A DNA stretch of 63,035 nucleotides, filler included, from Choristocarpus tenellus KU-1152 (taxonomy: Eukaryota > Protista > Phaeophyceae): NCBI GenBank assembly GCA_964200185.2. It is 10 parts of 10 records of this genome, joined end to end, with 100 filler letters (N's around TTAATTAATTAA, not from the genome) between each part and the next. Parts side by side here need not be neighbours in the genome. Positions count along the whole stretch, not along the records: positions 1 to 4,392 come from CAXNAD020014767.1; positions 4,493 to 8,383 come from CAXNAD020017331.1; positions 8,484 to 11,185 come from CAXNAD020025503.1; positions 11,286 to 22,245 come from CAXNAD020002603.1; 6 more parts are not named here. One strand, given 5' to 3'. A program made the position numbers and the translations under genes. The notes beneath the pieces were generated by a model that saw only the letters and a program-made list of their open reading frames with translations, searched no databases and was not told the origin of the DNA. Each line of letters begins with the position of its first letter. Position 1 is the stretch's first letter. Shown piece by piece: positions 1-12,620 of this stretch.

Positions 1-3000
1 GGAGTGTTGACTATATATATATACATTGGTGAGTGGAGTGTTGACTATATATATATATTGGTGAGTGGAGTGTTGACCTTGACCAGCGCCTTCGTAACAC
101 CAGGCATTGTGCCTGCTTGATGCCCCTGCCAAAAGAATTATTCTTAAATAGACACAAACACGACATCACATCTATTGAAACCAACTGTGGCCACCAAAAT
201 CCACTGCAGCTTCTCTGAAGTTAACCAGAGTGGCATCGAAGCTAGTACATTTGGGAAGTTGCCAACACAAGAGCGAAATGGAGGACAGTCATCGTCCAAT
301 TGCTCAGGGATATTCAGGTGCCAACAACGCATATCCGTGTCCGTCTCACACCGAACTAATCCTACACATTCAAATTTCCGGCTCGCAGTAAGGAGATTTC
401 TCCGGTCATCATAACCTCTGCAGCAATTTCGTCCCCTGTGTAGATAGATCTTGGCAATAATCAACCATCAACAGCACCAAGGAAAATAGGACCATACCAT
501 CATTGACACTCGTCCTTGCTGTTAGAACTGTGCAGTTAACACGCCTAGCAAGTAGTACAGAAATGCGATGGTGTTGATGTGACGACAGAGCCTGCAATGC
601 ACAACACAGTCAAGGCAGAGCGGCACTAGACATTTCTTCATCCACAGGAAATTATCATCTCATTGTTCCCACACAATGGTTGCAAAGGTCACCATGCACA
701 ACAAACACCAAACACATTTCTTCTCTTACACCTAAAATTTGACCAATTTACACACAGCAATCACTTGCACTCAAGGTGACACACTGTAGTAGACAAAGCA
801 GCAGCACATCCACACTACAACAATCGGACAAAATCCACACCAGGAAAGTCAAATCCTACATATCAGACAACAGAGATGTGTAAGAACTTCAAAGGAGGAA
901 TTGGAACAGAAAAACCATCTGCTCCTTTTCCTACCTCGTAGTTCTCATCCCTCTTAATTAACATCTTCTCCTAAAATGCGTATTTTCATTCATAATGACA
1001 AACGCCTACTTACTTTAACTCACACAAGTCAAACCACCATGGATAACGCTTCAGAGAATTTCCTCTCAACAAAAACTGTAACCTACAACGTGACAGAGCA
1101 CCACAGAGCAGCACCACAGAGCAGCACCACAGAGCAACCGAGACATTTGCGCACAACTCTCCATATCATCACATACTTTAAGAACCCGAAAATACACAGG
1201 TGGAGTTTGAGCAAACCATATCACACAAGAAAAAAAATATCAGAAATACCCTAGAAAAAACAAAAAAAATAGTAATGCTGACCTTTGGGGGTAGGGGGAA
1301 ACAGGGGAACCAAACGCAAAAGAATATAGGCCAACGAATAAAATATCCATTAAAAAACCCATCAAGTCAACCCCATCAATCCAACTAACTACTGTGCAAC
1401 TTCCTCTTATGCCCTGATTCATAATGTTACTTACTACTAGTTCTATCAATCTTGAGGTAAGAAGTCGTGTTTGAACTGTAGATTACATGGATGCTCCTTC
1501 ATAATATCCGAACTACTGTCTTGATCGATTCCTCCCTATCCCCACCAGCAACATCTGATCCCCGCCCACTCTCCCAGCCAATCATAGGCCCTGCCCTTCA
1601 CAGCAGCGGAAAAATTGAGGGCATATAGCCATCTTTGCATCCAATGGCCGGAGAGCTTCAGAGTCCACAATATAAAATATTGCAAACTACTGCCCTCAAA
1701 CATCCCCAAATCACACACACAAAAGCACAAATCTGGAAGGACCCACGAAGGGTCCTGGCTCTGAGTCAGAACCAACCTAGGACGCGTCAGGTTCCGTCAT
1801 GCGCCCTTCTCGGAACGAAGATTTACAGAGTACACCGCCTGTTTTGTTAGAGGAGGAAAAAGAAGAAAAAAAAAAGGCTTGAAATACATGTACACATGTT
1901 GTAGGCGTTTTTGTGATGTGTTTGCCACACCCGGACCACTACATGAAAGTACTGCTACAGAGGGAGGTTAACAAGAAAGGTCTCCTAAACGCCTTCAGGA
2001 TTTGATTATGATAGACAACAATAACAACAACTGCGACGGTTGGAAATTCAAGCAAAAAAGCCGGACCTGATCGAGTTATAGGGTGAAAGGCTTTAACTAC
2101 ATGCAAAACACAAAGCATCTGCAGCATTAGGCTCAATTCGGAGGAAATACTTCAGCCCCACAGAGGAGACAGGAGGCATTCAAACCTCTGTCAAATCTGC
2201 TACTTGTCAACTCATCCTGTGAAACGTAAGCAGAACAAAAGCCTTGCCGGCACCTCTACCTCACACAAACAATACACTGTCCAATGGGTTGCATGATCTC
2301 TAGAAGGGGAGCATTTCTATTCTTGGGGGCACTTTTGTCTTTTCAAATTTACACAAATGTTTCAGCTGTTTGTATGATGTGAAACCTACCTATGTCATTG
2401 GAATGCTGCTATACATAGAGGACCCCTAGAGGATACATATTTTTTGGCTCAAATAATTTTTTGTTAGCCACGTAGAACATTTAAAACAAAAAACAAAAAA
2501 CGCTTGGACTACTCTGAGTGCTACTGTCTCGTCTTTGATATTCATAGCAAATTACAGGGTCGGATTTGTCAGCTTCAATGTTGGTAATTGTTGCCGTCTT
2601 CCATCATGAGCTACACCTCATTATCCTCCAAATACCCCTCGCCTACCCCCTCCTCCACAGCATCCGTTGGTACAGCTAGCTCAGAACACGAGTATTGTTG
2701 AATACATCTCCCTCGAGTGTATTGTCCTGCATCTTGATGTATTTTTTTCATCTCCATGCGGGCAAGGGCAACCAGCTCGCCACAGTCTGCTGGTTTCCAT
2801 CCACCCTCATTATAATCCCAGTTAGGGCTAGGGTCACTGTACCCGCTCCAGGTGTATCTGATCTCACTTGGGCAACAGTTCTCCCCTTTACATACCGAAA
2901 ACTGTCATACCACTACCACTATCGATGATGGCAAAACAACCCTATGAGCTGAAACTTGACCATAAAAGGCGACATCCAAACATACCCCAGCACTTGAGGA

Positions 3001-4392
3001 TGGTGCAGGATGGTGCCCAGACCCTACAATGAGAGTTCCACACCAAGCTGTGACTCTGCCCACGTCACCAAACCCTAACAGAAGATCACTCTTGACAACT
3101 AGTACAACTTGTACAACTAGTGTTGTCTAAAGATGAGTTCCACCTCGTCGACCTGTAATTCAAGAACCTTGCACCTCTTACCGGAGTCCACTTGAACAAT
3201 CCCCTTCCCAGACCCAGAAGTGCCACCGATCCCCCCTCTCCTCTTTCTAACACAAGGTTTCACAATGCAAGAGAGTCAGTTGTCCCCCACCCCCACTGAA
3301 AGATACACAGCCTCCACCGCCTCAGTTTGGCCCACGTGGTTGTACATAACAAACTGGTACTACAGGATCAGCAGCACACCTGCCTGCCCCTTGGAGAGAA
3401 CCTCTCCGCTTGCCAACCAACTTGAACATCTCCATTTACTCATTGGCAACACAATCCCCAACCTATTGAGCATCGTGTCTGGTGGCGTCCTCTACCCATC
3501 TCTTTCTCGCTGCAGTCGTCTTGACCCTTGCCTGATCTTTCCTCCCCCTCCCCCTCCCACCCCTGTTCTGTAGCATACCCATGTCTGCAGGTGCCTCTGA
3601 GGCTGGCCCCCTCAACCTCTTACTATTGTTACTTGCCATCCTTGAACTTCTAATGTGACGTGACATGATCCCAAACAATGGATAAAAAAGATAGATAAAA
3701 AAATACTGATATGAATGAGATAGGCTTTGGTCTAAAAGATTCTGGCATCAAATTACCCTCGGGGCTCTTCCTTTCCAAGGGGATTGAAGGTTGCAACATA
3801 AAGGAGAAGGAGAAGCAGCGTAGATCATCAAACATGCCCATTTCAACCAGCTTAAAAAAAAAAAATCACTTCATTGCGATGAACAAGAGATGAGCGTACT
3901 AGTCCCTGTCAATCCTTTAGTAGCTGCCAGCCTAACAACGCCACCTTACATAGTGGAACACAACACACTATCAATGTTAATTCAATCTAATGACCAACTG
4001 AAAATGAAATACACACTAGCAACAGAAGGCACCCCCAAAAACCCAACTAACCGATCACAGACACCACCTCACTTTACTGAACAAAAAAACAATCATCCCA
4101 CCTCCCCCTCACCCCTGGACCCAATTATACGGTAGACAAGGGCCTTCCCTTGTCACCTCCCTATCAGCAAGGGCAATGTCACCTTCTTCAACTCGTAAAA
4201 ATAAAATTATACAATTTTTAGTGTTCCGGAACAGGATGCAGACAAACAAAGTGTAAACACCAATTCTAGTTACTCTTTTTTACAGTGGGAAGGACTGCAC
4301 ATAACCAACAGCAGATAACCGTTTACTCTGTAGTTTGTTGGCCTTGCCCCCAATAACCACAGCAAGGCAACCTCCTCCAACCCCCCCCCCCC

Positions 4393-4492
4393 NNNNNNNN
4401 NNNNNNNNNNNNNNNNNNNNNNNNNNNNNNNNNNNNTTAATTAATTAANNNNNNNNNNNNNNNNNNNNNNNNNNNNNNNNNNNNNNNNNNNN
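4393..4492. other. Artificial contig-joining linker (first of nine; others at 8384-8483, 11186-11285, 22246-22345, 27397-27496, 41016-41115, 43998-44097, 55544-55643, 59643-59742)
   Basis: Identical 44 N + TTAATTAATTAA + 44 N, carrying stop codons in all six frames. Features on either side of a linker are not physically linked. Confidence 0.98.
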
Positions 4493-4659
4493 GAAGTGTC
4501 AATATCCTTGTTCCGGACACACTTTTTCATAATGTATACATTTTACCTACTCCGAAACATTTGGGAGTAGGAAAATGTCATAAAAGAAACATGGGAAGCC
4601 AAGCCCCAAATGGACAAACAGGGCAAAACTCATACCCTAACCCTAAGATTCTTTCACTA
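4493..4659 (-). mobile_element. Partial copy of the ~255-bp MITE, cut by the contig start
   Basis: Matches the MITE consensus (hairpin CATTTTACCTACTCC..GGAGTAGGAAAATG, CCCAAATGGACAAACAGGGCAAAACTC). Its TIR carries a CCCTAACCCTAA variant. Confidence 0.9.
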
Positions 4660-4909
4660 GGAAGAGTGTAGATAGGTTGTGCCATGAAGCAATTCTTACA
4701 GGCAAGGGGAACTTCCATATCACCATCATGAGGTGTCACATTCCTCTCAGTATCCATATTGAAGACAAATGTTACCTTGAGTGCACTGTTGGAGGGGAAC
4801 ATACGATAGATGCAAGCATAAATACATTGCGACAATAATGTCTTTTGTTGGAGAGTGTATATCTGAAAGGAGTGCTTTGTTTTATTTTTAGAATTGCTTG
4901 AAAACTCAC

Positions 4910-7796
4910 CTCCTTGCTAAGGCAAAACTCGTTTTTCCCAGAGAGGTCATGGGCTATGGATAGCTGCTCCAGTACCGGCCCAGCTACAAAGGACTCAAAA
5001 CACTCAATGCCCTGGTATTAATATTTTGTGGACAAGTTGCAGAAAGGCTTAGGCAGTCAATTGCATTAGGTATATATTTGCCTCATATTATTTGACGAGC
5101 AGTGCATCGTTTCCCTTAATACGGTGAATCTGGTTCCCTGAGCGACAGAATGCATCGTTACACCTGTACCAGCTAGAGGACCTCTTCTGTCCTTTCTCTG
5201 ATCTGCTGCATCCTAAAACTGATATTGTTAGTGTAGGCGACCCTAGCACATGCCGAAAAAAAAAGGAGCTGGTGTCCATCAAAGCCTAATCTAGATGGCA
5301 CACAATTGTGAAGACAGACACATTGAATCACTAACATTTTTCTTCATTTTTTTTTTCACACACTAAAAGGTGCAAAGCATGTGGGGTGAAATAGGTATGC
5401 AGCAGTACGATTGACCACGCGACCTGAGATCAATAGCAATGACAGAAACAATGGCAGATACATTAATGAATGTGCCGAGTAGGTTGCACGATGTTCGTAT
5501 ATCTTACCAGCTCATTGTGACAAACAAGCTCTGCTGTTGGTTCAAAAAAATCATTCCTAATTTAGACTGCAATGTTCAATGTTTTAACCCCCCTCAAAGT
5601 GCGCTCTCAAATATTTTGGAGTAACTCGATCATCGCACACCATTCTAAGCGGATATAACCAGTACTCAGCGACGTCGGGATTGCCACAGTTCATTGTTAA
5701 CTTTCTTTTGCTGCTGCTGCCAAGAAGTCCAACGGTGGGAGCACCAAAATGATTCGGTTGTGCTGTTGTGCTTGACCCAAGGCTTACTTCCTACTTGAGG
5801 GGGTTGCACACTTGGATCATTTTTATATCGCCTGTTCACTTCAACAAATTAAATATCTTGCAAAGGCTCTCCTAAGCCGAAGCAATCTTCAGTCCCAGCG
5901 CAGCAAATGTACTTTCAAATTCTTACTCAGATGAGAAGTGGGGCCGGATGAAAAGCAAACACACGCAGTACCTCACCTCCAAAACTTGCCCGCCAATATC
6001 TACAGTCCGAATTCCCCCACTGCCAATAGACCCGTGGAGTGTAAGCACTGCCTCCGTGGTGTCATCGTTGAAGTAATATGGACTCAGTTTTTCAAGGAGG
6101 TTTTTGCCACACTGGCATGCTGCCATGGTAGCCAGGGCAAGTTTGCCTACTGGAAGTCCATCTGGTGTCTTGATCAACGATCGTCTTTCCATCCCCGTCC
6201 GTTGCCATATTCTTGCTGTGTCATATACAATGAGAATTGCATCACCAGCAAAGCAATCAACATCCCCACCTGTACCCTATCACAGGGCAGATGAAGATAC
6301 ACATATTGATGTACGCATTTTTATATGTGCTGGAAATAGAAAAGAGGAGAATGAAAGAAGTTTGATATTTTGTCTTCTGTGTATGTGGTGCAAACGTTAT
6401 CCTGCCACCTGTTCACTCTCCATGAGGAAGTCCTTTGAATGATCTCTCTCGCTAGCTTTCATCTTCCCGACAGAGGACATCCATGTTGTACAATGCATGT
6501 GTGGGTGGTAGTAAAATATCTACGGACTGTGTTCAACATTTTGGTGATGATGGTTCTTCCTTCTGTAGTGTAGGTAGGTAGCAACTATCATCAATCACAA
6601 GAGTGTACAACATAGTCCTCACTGTACATTTTACCTGAATAACGTCTAGCAGGTCGCAGAAGTAAGAGTTGAACATTTTCCAAAATTTCTCGATACCCTG
6701 GGACCCTAGCCGGGCAAAGCGCTCCATAGAAGCAGTGAAACCGCTGATATCGATGAAGAGTAGGGCAGCATCTACATATCCCGTGTCGTACCTGGGAACC
6801 GCAACCTTGCCTTCCCGGTGCAAAGTTACTAGTCGCTCGACCACTCGGTTGGGCAGAAGGGCCACTAAGCTCTCAAGATAGCGATACTCTTCCGGAACAT
6901 CAGAAGAGGTTAATATTTTGCTCTTTTTTGAAGCGTAGTAGTTGCAAAACCCCGAGAACATGGTTATTTGAAATGAAAGGGTGGGTATGTTGGCTTTCAA
7001 ACCTCGAACAATACAACAAGTTTCTGGTCGTAGTAAGATATCTCAAAAATTTAGTTGCAGTGAAAAATAGTGGTCTCTCAAACCTTGGAGGAAAATTTTT
7101 ATCTCTTCGAGGAATTGCTGCGGGAAAGACGGTCAGGTCATGGTGTCATCCCACTCCAGGCAATGCATAATATTGAGAAAACAAGTACCCCTCTCTGCTA
7201 AATACTGAGAAAACAGAGTAAGTAAAGCTCACGCTTCCTTCGGGATGTCGTTCATCATCTGGACTTACTTTCCGTTTGAATTGAGATTTATGGAGAGTCT
7301 CTTCAGGCGGTATGGGTCGTAGAGGCACTTGCAACATCTCCGCCATAGTTTCAAACAGACTTCCAGGCCTCTTTCGTCGCCTATCGCCCTTCTCCTTATT
7401 TGTTTCCGGATCTGAGTTGGGTTCGGAGGTTTGAGTTTCCCTCGGCATATTGTCAGTTTCCTCGTATAGCCAGGTTGAATGGCGCTTTTGACTCTTCCCC
7501 CCAAGCCGTGCCGCCTCCGCTGCTTGAACTTGAGCAATGCGCACATCATCGTCAAGCATGTCTTCTGGAAGCTTAGCTACCTTACACGGCGGATCCGCCG
7601 CATTAACATTAGATGGCGGGGCTAGTTGCGCCTTGCAGTTAGAGCCTCCCTTCAATTCATTGGCTGGTGCAACAAGTGGTTCATCCTCCGTTTCATGCTC
7701 TTCAGTAGGAGGTGCCTGAGGTTCAAGGTCGACCCGTGTTGACGGAAGGAATGGAAAACACCCACCTATTGCCGAAAGGTGGGGAAGTCTGTTCAT
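4910..7796 (-). CDS. Soluble (ADCY10/sAC-like) class III adenylate cyclase, 5' part; exons approx. 7796-7233, ~6900-6635, 6276-5977, 5011-4910
   Basis: Motifs AALLFIDISGFTASMERF..G.EK, GGDVDCFAGDAILIVY, LTLHGSIGSG and FVAGPVLEQLSIAHDLSGKNEFCLSKE. The last three exons join through phase-compatible GT-AG junctions. The 3' part was not traced before the contig end, and the 5' exon junctions are uncertain. Confidence 0.88.
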
Positions 7797-10559
7797 TTTT
7801 CAAGCCCCGAAAATCGGTATTTATAAGTTTATCGACTTCTCCTCCACTGTTTTCACTGAACTGCAATGCACAAGGAAGTGACTAAGGTAAATCAATAAGC
7901 AAGGAATAGGTGTCAAAAGTAGAATTTGGTTTCATGTACATGGGTGTCTGAATTGAACAGAAACAAAGAAGATGAAACGCAAAGCAGATGGTACAATTAG
8001 GGTTAGGGTTAATTGTGATTCATTAGACTAAATACTCCAACCACATTTTAAAAACCTGATAAGCCTCGACGGTATGACGAACTCTTGAACCCAACCAATG
8101 AAACGTACAGTCATATTTCATTATTATGCCCCCGGGGCACAGGAGCAGGTGGGCAGATAAGGAAGACAGTAGTACAATATTTGATAGAAGTTGAAGGACG
8201 AGGGGATGGGGTTGTGGAGGTGATGGAGGAAGGCGACGACGGCACACGAGACAGGCAAGGGCAAGGACCGAATATAGGTGGAGCGATTAACCCTGCTCCA
8301 GTAATAGATACCCGGGTTTCGATTTCGCAGAATGGAGAAGGATCGACAGAGAACGGAATAGGCCCACATGGGGATGAGGTGGANNNNNNNNNNNNNNNNN
8401 NNNNNNNNNNNNNNNNNNNNNNNNNNNTTAATTAATTAANNNNNNNNNNNNNNNNNNNNNNNNNNNNNNNNNNNNNNNNNNNNGAGCCGGAAGCTTGGGC
8501 TGTCTGTGCGATAGCACACAACAGTGCAATCACGATCACGTACCATTGCAATATCCGTGACATAGAAAAGGCCATGATGTCGAGGGTGTTGAGAGATATA
8601 TGGGATAGTAAAAGAAGAGGGGTGTGGTGTGGTGTGAGCGGGGGTTGTTTTGAGGGGCAAATAACTTGTTGGTGTATATTCGTACTTTCCTACCCCTTCA
8701 TTAATTCCTAGTTTCATGAAGTGTTCAAACCCTTTGTGTAAGACCCTTTCAATCAGTAAGAGAAGAACAAATATGAGTGTGTCGGGAAAGTCTAGGTTGG
8801 AAATTTCTTGTGGGTGATTGACTTTGTATGCCTTTCTTTTATATTGAGTATGGTCTCATATATTTTATGGGTATGTTGTTTTGTGAGGATCTATGTGATA
8901 TTTTCTCTTGTACCATGGTTACACTATAATGTTGAGTATGTGTATTTAGGTAGATAGTATCATATAATTGTATATAGGATATAGACTAGTTAACATTTGA
9001 CCGTTATCCCTATTTTAGAATATCTTTGAAACAACTGTAAACTACTGTTCGTCAAATTCTCTTTTTACTTGATTCATTTTGTTGTTGAGGATATATATGT
9101 CCTTAGATCTCACATTTCAAACTGAGCCGAAGAATAATATATATTATTCTTGTTTCTTGTTTGGGAGGGGGAGTGAGGTTTTCCAAATCTCCCATTATAT
9201 CATACCCCAAAATGTCACTGTTCCTATCCTAAAAGTACTGTAGGAATATTGATGCAATTAATGCTACCTACCACTGAATTATAATTATTACAACCAATAT
9301 TGTCATTGACAACAATATTTTCGGAACATTTTTGCGAGGTGGTCATTTAGGGAGTGTTTCGTCAAGGTACACTTGATATTGTCCAAATTGCAAAAAAGGT
9401 CCCGTTCTGGTTCCAAGATCTTTTTCTTAAGGTGTACACAATCTTATCCAAGTCGCGAAGGAAGCAGTGGTCGCTGTTTGGGGATGGTATTTCGACAAGG
9501 TGCAGCTGATCTTGTCCAAATCGCATACATCAGTCGTCCTGAGGAAACCGAAAGAGTAGAATCATGGGTAGCGCCCAAGGCAGTTGTGGGCAGGCAGGGA
9601 GGTACGTGTGGATGATAGTTTTGTCCTGTTCTGACATTGCATTGCGTGGTATGAAATATGTCGGTTATTTATACGTCCCTCTCTTCTATGATGATGATCT
9701 GTAGAGCACAGGTGGACCAGACCAACCGCTGGAAGGGATGGATAGTAACATAGAATATCATTATGCAACACACACCACAGGAGCACCTGGTACAACAGTA
9801 GTATTGCCTTGTTGTGGACGGATAGAGAGTGTGGTCGACCATTCTAATAATATGTATATTCACTACATCATGCCTCCTTCCGCTTGTTGTGTAGGTGTTT
9901 GGTAGTCAGAAGCAAAATTTGTTAATGACGATTTTGCCAATGATAGTTGTGATATGTGGGGTCAACAACTGTTAGTTTAGAAAGTGAGTGCTCTGTTGCC
10001 TTTTGTCTACAATACTTACCCGTTTCTTGCCGTGCTTTCTGCTTTCGATCCTCTCCCTGACAATATATTTTCTTGAGCCAAACACACAAGAAGCAAGGCA
10101 GGGACGGAAGCAGTAAAATTAGTCAGTTAGTCGATACCATGATGATATGCTGTGCAATGTGTAGTGCCTCTTACCAAGTATGTAAGAAGTAGTGTAAGGC
10201 AAAATACACTGGATGATAAGAGGGAACAAGCATGAAAAAGAAAATAATATGAAATAATTGAAAAAGGCAATATACAAGAGAAAAGACTATTAAAGAAGGT
10301 GTATATTACCTCATAAAAGCACAAAGGGGTGAGAAAGGGAATGAATAAAGGATGCAAAGGAAGAAGCCCTCAAAGAAAACGACTCTTCAGATAATGATGA
10401 TGGTGATGGTGGTAATGGCTTGGGCAATCTTCACTGCTGCTATGATTTGACATACATTAGCTATCACAGCTTCCTTGGAATGCCATTCGGGCATGAACTT
10501 TGCTGTGCCCTTAGCACACACACTCATACCACTCCCGTGTTGGTTAATAGCTCTCATGC

Positions 10560-11026
10560 TCTAACGCTCAGCTCCAATCCCAAACTTGTCATGGTCATCT
10601 TGGGGACATGCGTCCACCAGTTCTTCTCTTCTCGTTGCCTCCATTCGCTGTTCGCAACCTCCCCAATCATCAATATCTTTGAATGTCGCTCATCCCCTAT
10701 GCGACCAACCGACCAGGCAAATGGGAGCCTCCCTTGCGCACCATTACCTCGATACTCTCACACCCTGTCTGATTCACAACAGCATTTTTATAGGACAGGA
10801 TATGATCAGTGCCGTTCCTCTATGCGGAAACTTATGTAGCAGAGGAGGAATTTGTGGTAATGTGAACGGACCTTCAGATAAATGAAGCTGGCGATAGAGT
10901 GGCAATGTCATTCAATCTTGTGTCAGAACGTTAAGTACTCCGGCCTTGAACATTTTAATCTTTAGGTCAAGTGATACACCTGAGGTCCTGTCATGAAGCA
11001 CTCTGCTGTATTTATTAAAATTCCAG
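10560..11026 (-). mobile_element. RTE-clade LINE, 3' remnant (decayed C-terminus of ORF2)
   Basis: Manual translation gives WNFNKYSRVLHDRTSGVSLDLKIKMFKAGVL, TDHILSYKNAVVNQTGCESIEVMVRK and GRIGDERHSKILMIGEV, resembling the post-RT region of brown-algal RTE elements. Contains stops and frameshifts. Confidence 0.75.
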
Positions 11027-11285
11027 ACCCAAAGTATTTGAGGGAGGTGGGGGGTCTACACCAGGGTGTCCATTTGGGACAAAACTAGAAAAAGTGCAAT
11101 TACATGGGTCAAAGTATTTGTGGGGGGGGGGGGCGGTCTGTGAGGGGGGGCCCGTTTCGGGTAAACAAATGTTTTTCTTGCTGAANNNNNNNNNNNNNNN
11201 NNNNNNNNNNNNNNNNNNNNNNNNNNNNNTTAATTAATTAANNNNNNNNNNNNNNNNNNNNNNNNNNNNNNNNNNNNNNNNNNNN

Positions 11286-11387
11286 ACAACCCGTTGTAAA
11301 AGGCAACGCCCCCATAGCGTCATTTTAAGGTCGTTGGATTTGAGTTGTACATCCCGTGGAGGTGAGTTCCGAGGGGCGCCTGTAACA
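11286..11387 (-). mobile_element. Probable LTR end inserted into the mariner transposase
   Basis: Transposase similarity stops abruptly after QPSN and the new sequence begins TGTTACAGG, a typical LTR start. Truncated by the contig end. Confidence 0.5.
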
Positions 11388-12620
11388 TTAGATGGCTGCG
11401 TCACAAGCCTAATCGTCCACCCCTCAGTCTCCCCTGCCCCTGAGAAGACTCCTGAGTTGCCCATGTGGGGGGTGGCACAGTCTTGCAGAACAATAACGTG
11501 CTTCCCCTGCAACCAAGGCATCTTGGTCTTGATTGCAGGCAGTATCTCCTCTGTGTACCACTTTCTGTACCATACATGCTCTAATGTACAGTCCTGCTCA
11601 TACACATCCCCCTTTTTATGGTTCTTGCTTGTCCTGTCTCCTGTTTTTGGCACACACACGCGTCAAGCACCAGCTTTCCATCAAAGCTGTGAGCGGAATC
11701 TGGGCGGGCGTTGGCTGCAATGATCATGGTTTGGGGAATATTACTCAAGTGCTGCACAGTAGGGGATCCTGGAAGGTCCCTATCATTCTCATGTGGAAAT
11801 ACCCTAACCCTTTTCCTATCAGACATCATGTAAAACCAGGTTTCATCCACATTGACTGTGCTCGCCATGGAGGTGTACACACCACGTTTCCGGTCCACTT
11901 GATCGCAAACAAAGTCCATTCTTCATACCTTTTGCCTCGATTAAAGCTAGGGTTTGATCCAGCGGCGATTCGGCATGGCCCCCATATCATCCAGCCACCT
12001 GTTTATGGTGCTCGTGCTATAATTCAGCCCATTGGCGACCATCTTCATAGTCACCTGATGCACTGTGGATGACCGATTATCGGAGTTGGTACTATGTATT
12101 TTGACCATCTTGGTCGGTGTGAGCTCCAAAGGCCTCCCACTACATGCCAGCACCCCTAGGTCAAGCGTGTGGCCACGGGTGAGCTGACCGCCGACATCCT
12201 CCCAGAGCCCTCGCATGTAACGCTCGGACACTCCAAACTCTGCTACAAGGGCCGGCCCAACTTGTCGTGACAGTTTATGCTCACCAGGGACCATCGCGAG
12301 GACGTGCCGCACTACAAGCGCAACCCTGGTATTCAGGGACACTTGGGCACCCATCCTATGTGGGGGGGTCGATGGGGGGGTTGCCACGTTGACGTTCTGA
12401 CCCTCGATGTGCCCAGTTCTGGCCTCAAATCACCCCAAAATGTCCTACTTTGACGGTTTGAAGTACCTCGTGTTTGAACTTGATATCCTCCACCCCCACC
12501 GTTTCTGAAAGCTGAGATTGTCAAACTGACTTCGTTCTGTGGGATTATCGTCCGATTCGGCGCCATTTTTGCTCGGCGAGCCCAGATGTTTCGTGGCACG
12601 AACTTATGGCACATAGGTAG
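11388..12620 (-). mobile_element. Tc1/mariner DNA transposon (plant/oomycete DD37-39D-like), frameshifted transposase with left TIR
   Basis: ORFs 12387-11947, 11919-11581 and 11659-11388 give an N-terminal HTH region, VNVDETWFY, FDGK, VLQDCATPH and LVTQPSN. The terminus TA|CTACCTATGTGCCA at 12622-12607 resembles the Stowaway/mariner end CTCCCTCCGTCCCA with a TA target. Confidence 0.88.

Noticed and set aside
4437-4448. TTAATTAATTAA palindrome recurring nine times
   Set aside because: Assembly linker, not biological.
9430-9770. Possible ferroportin-like exons (WGWYFDK|VDQTNRWKGWIV)
   Set aside because: The similarity is too weak and an in-frame stop follows.
11388-12620. Fanzor/TnpB cargo associated with the mariner or Harbinger elements
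   Set aside because: I saw no RuvC motifs (DPG...E..TS..C...RD.N) in the ORF track or in the frames translated by hand.
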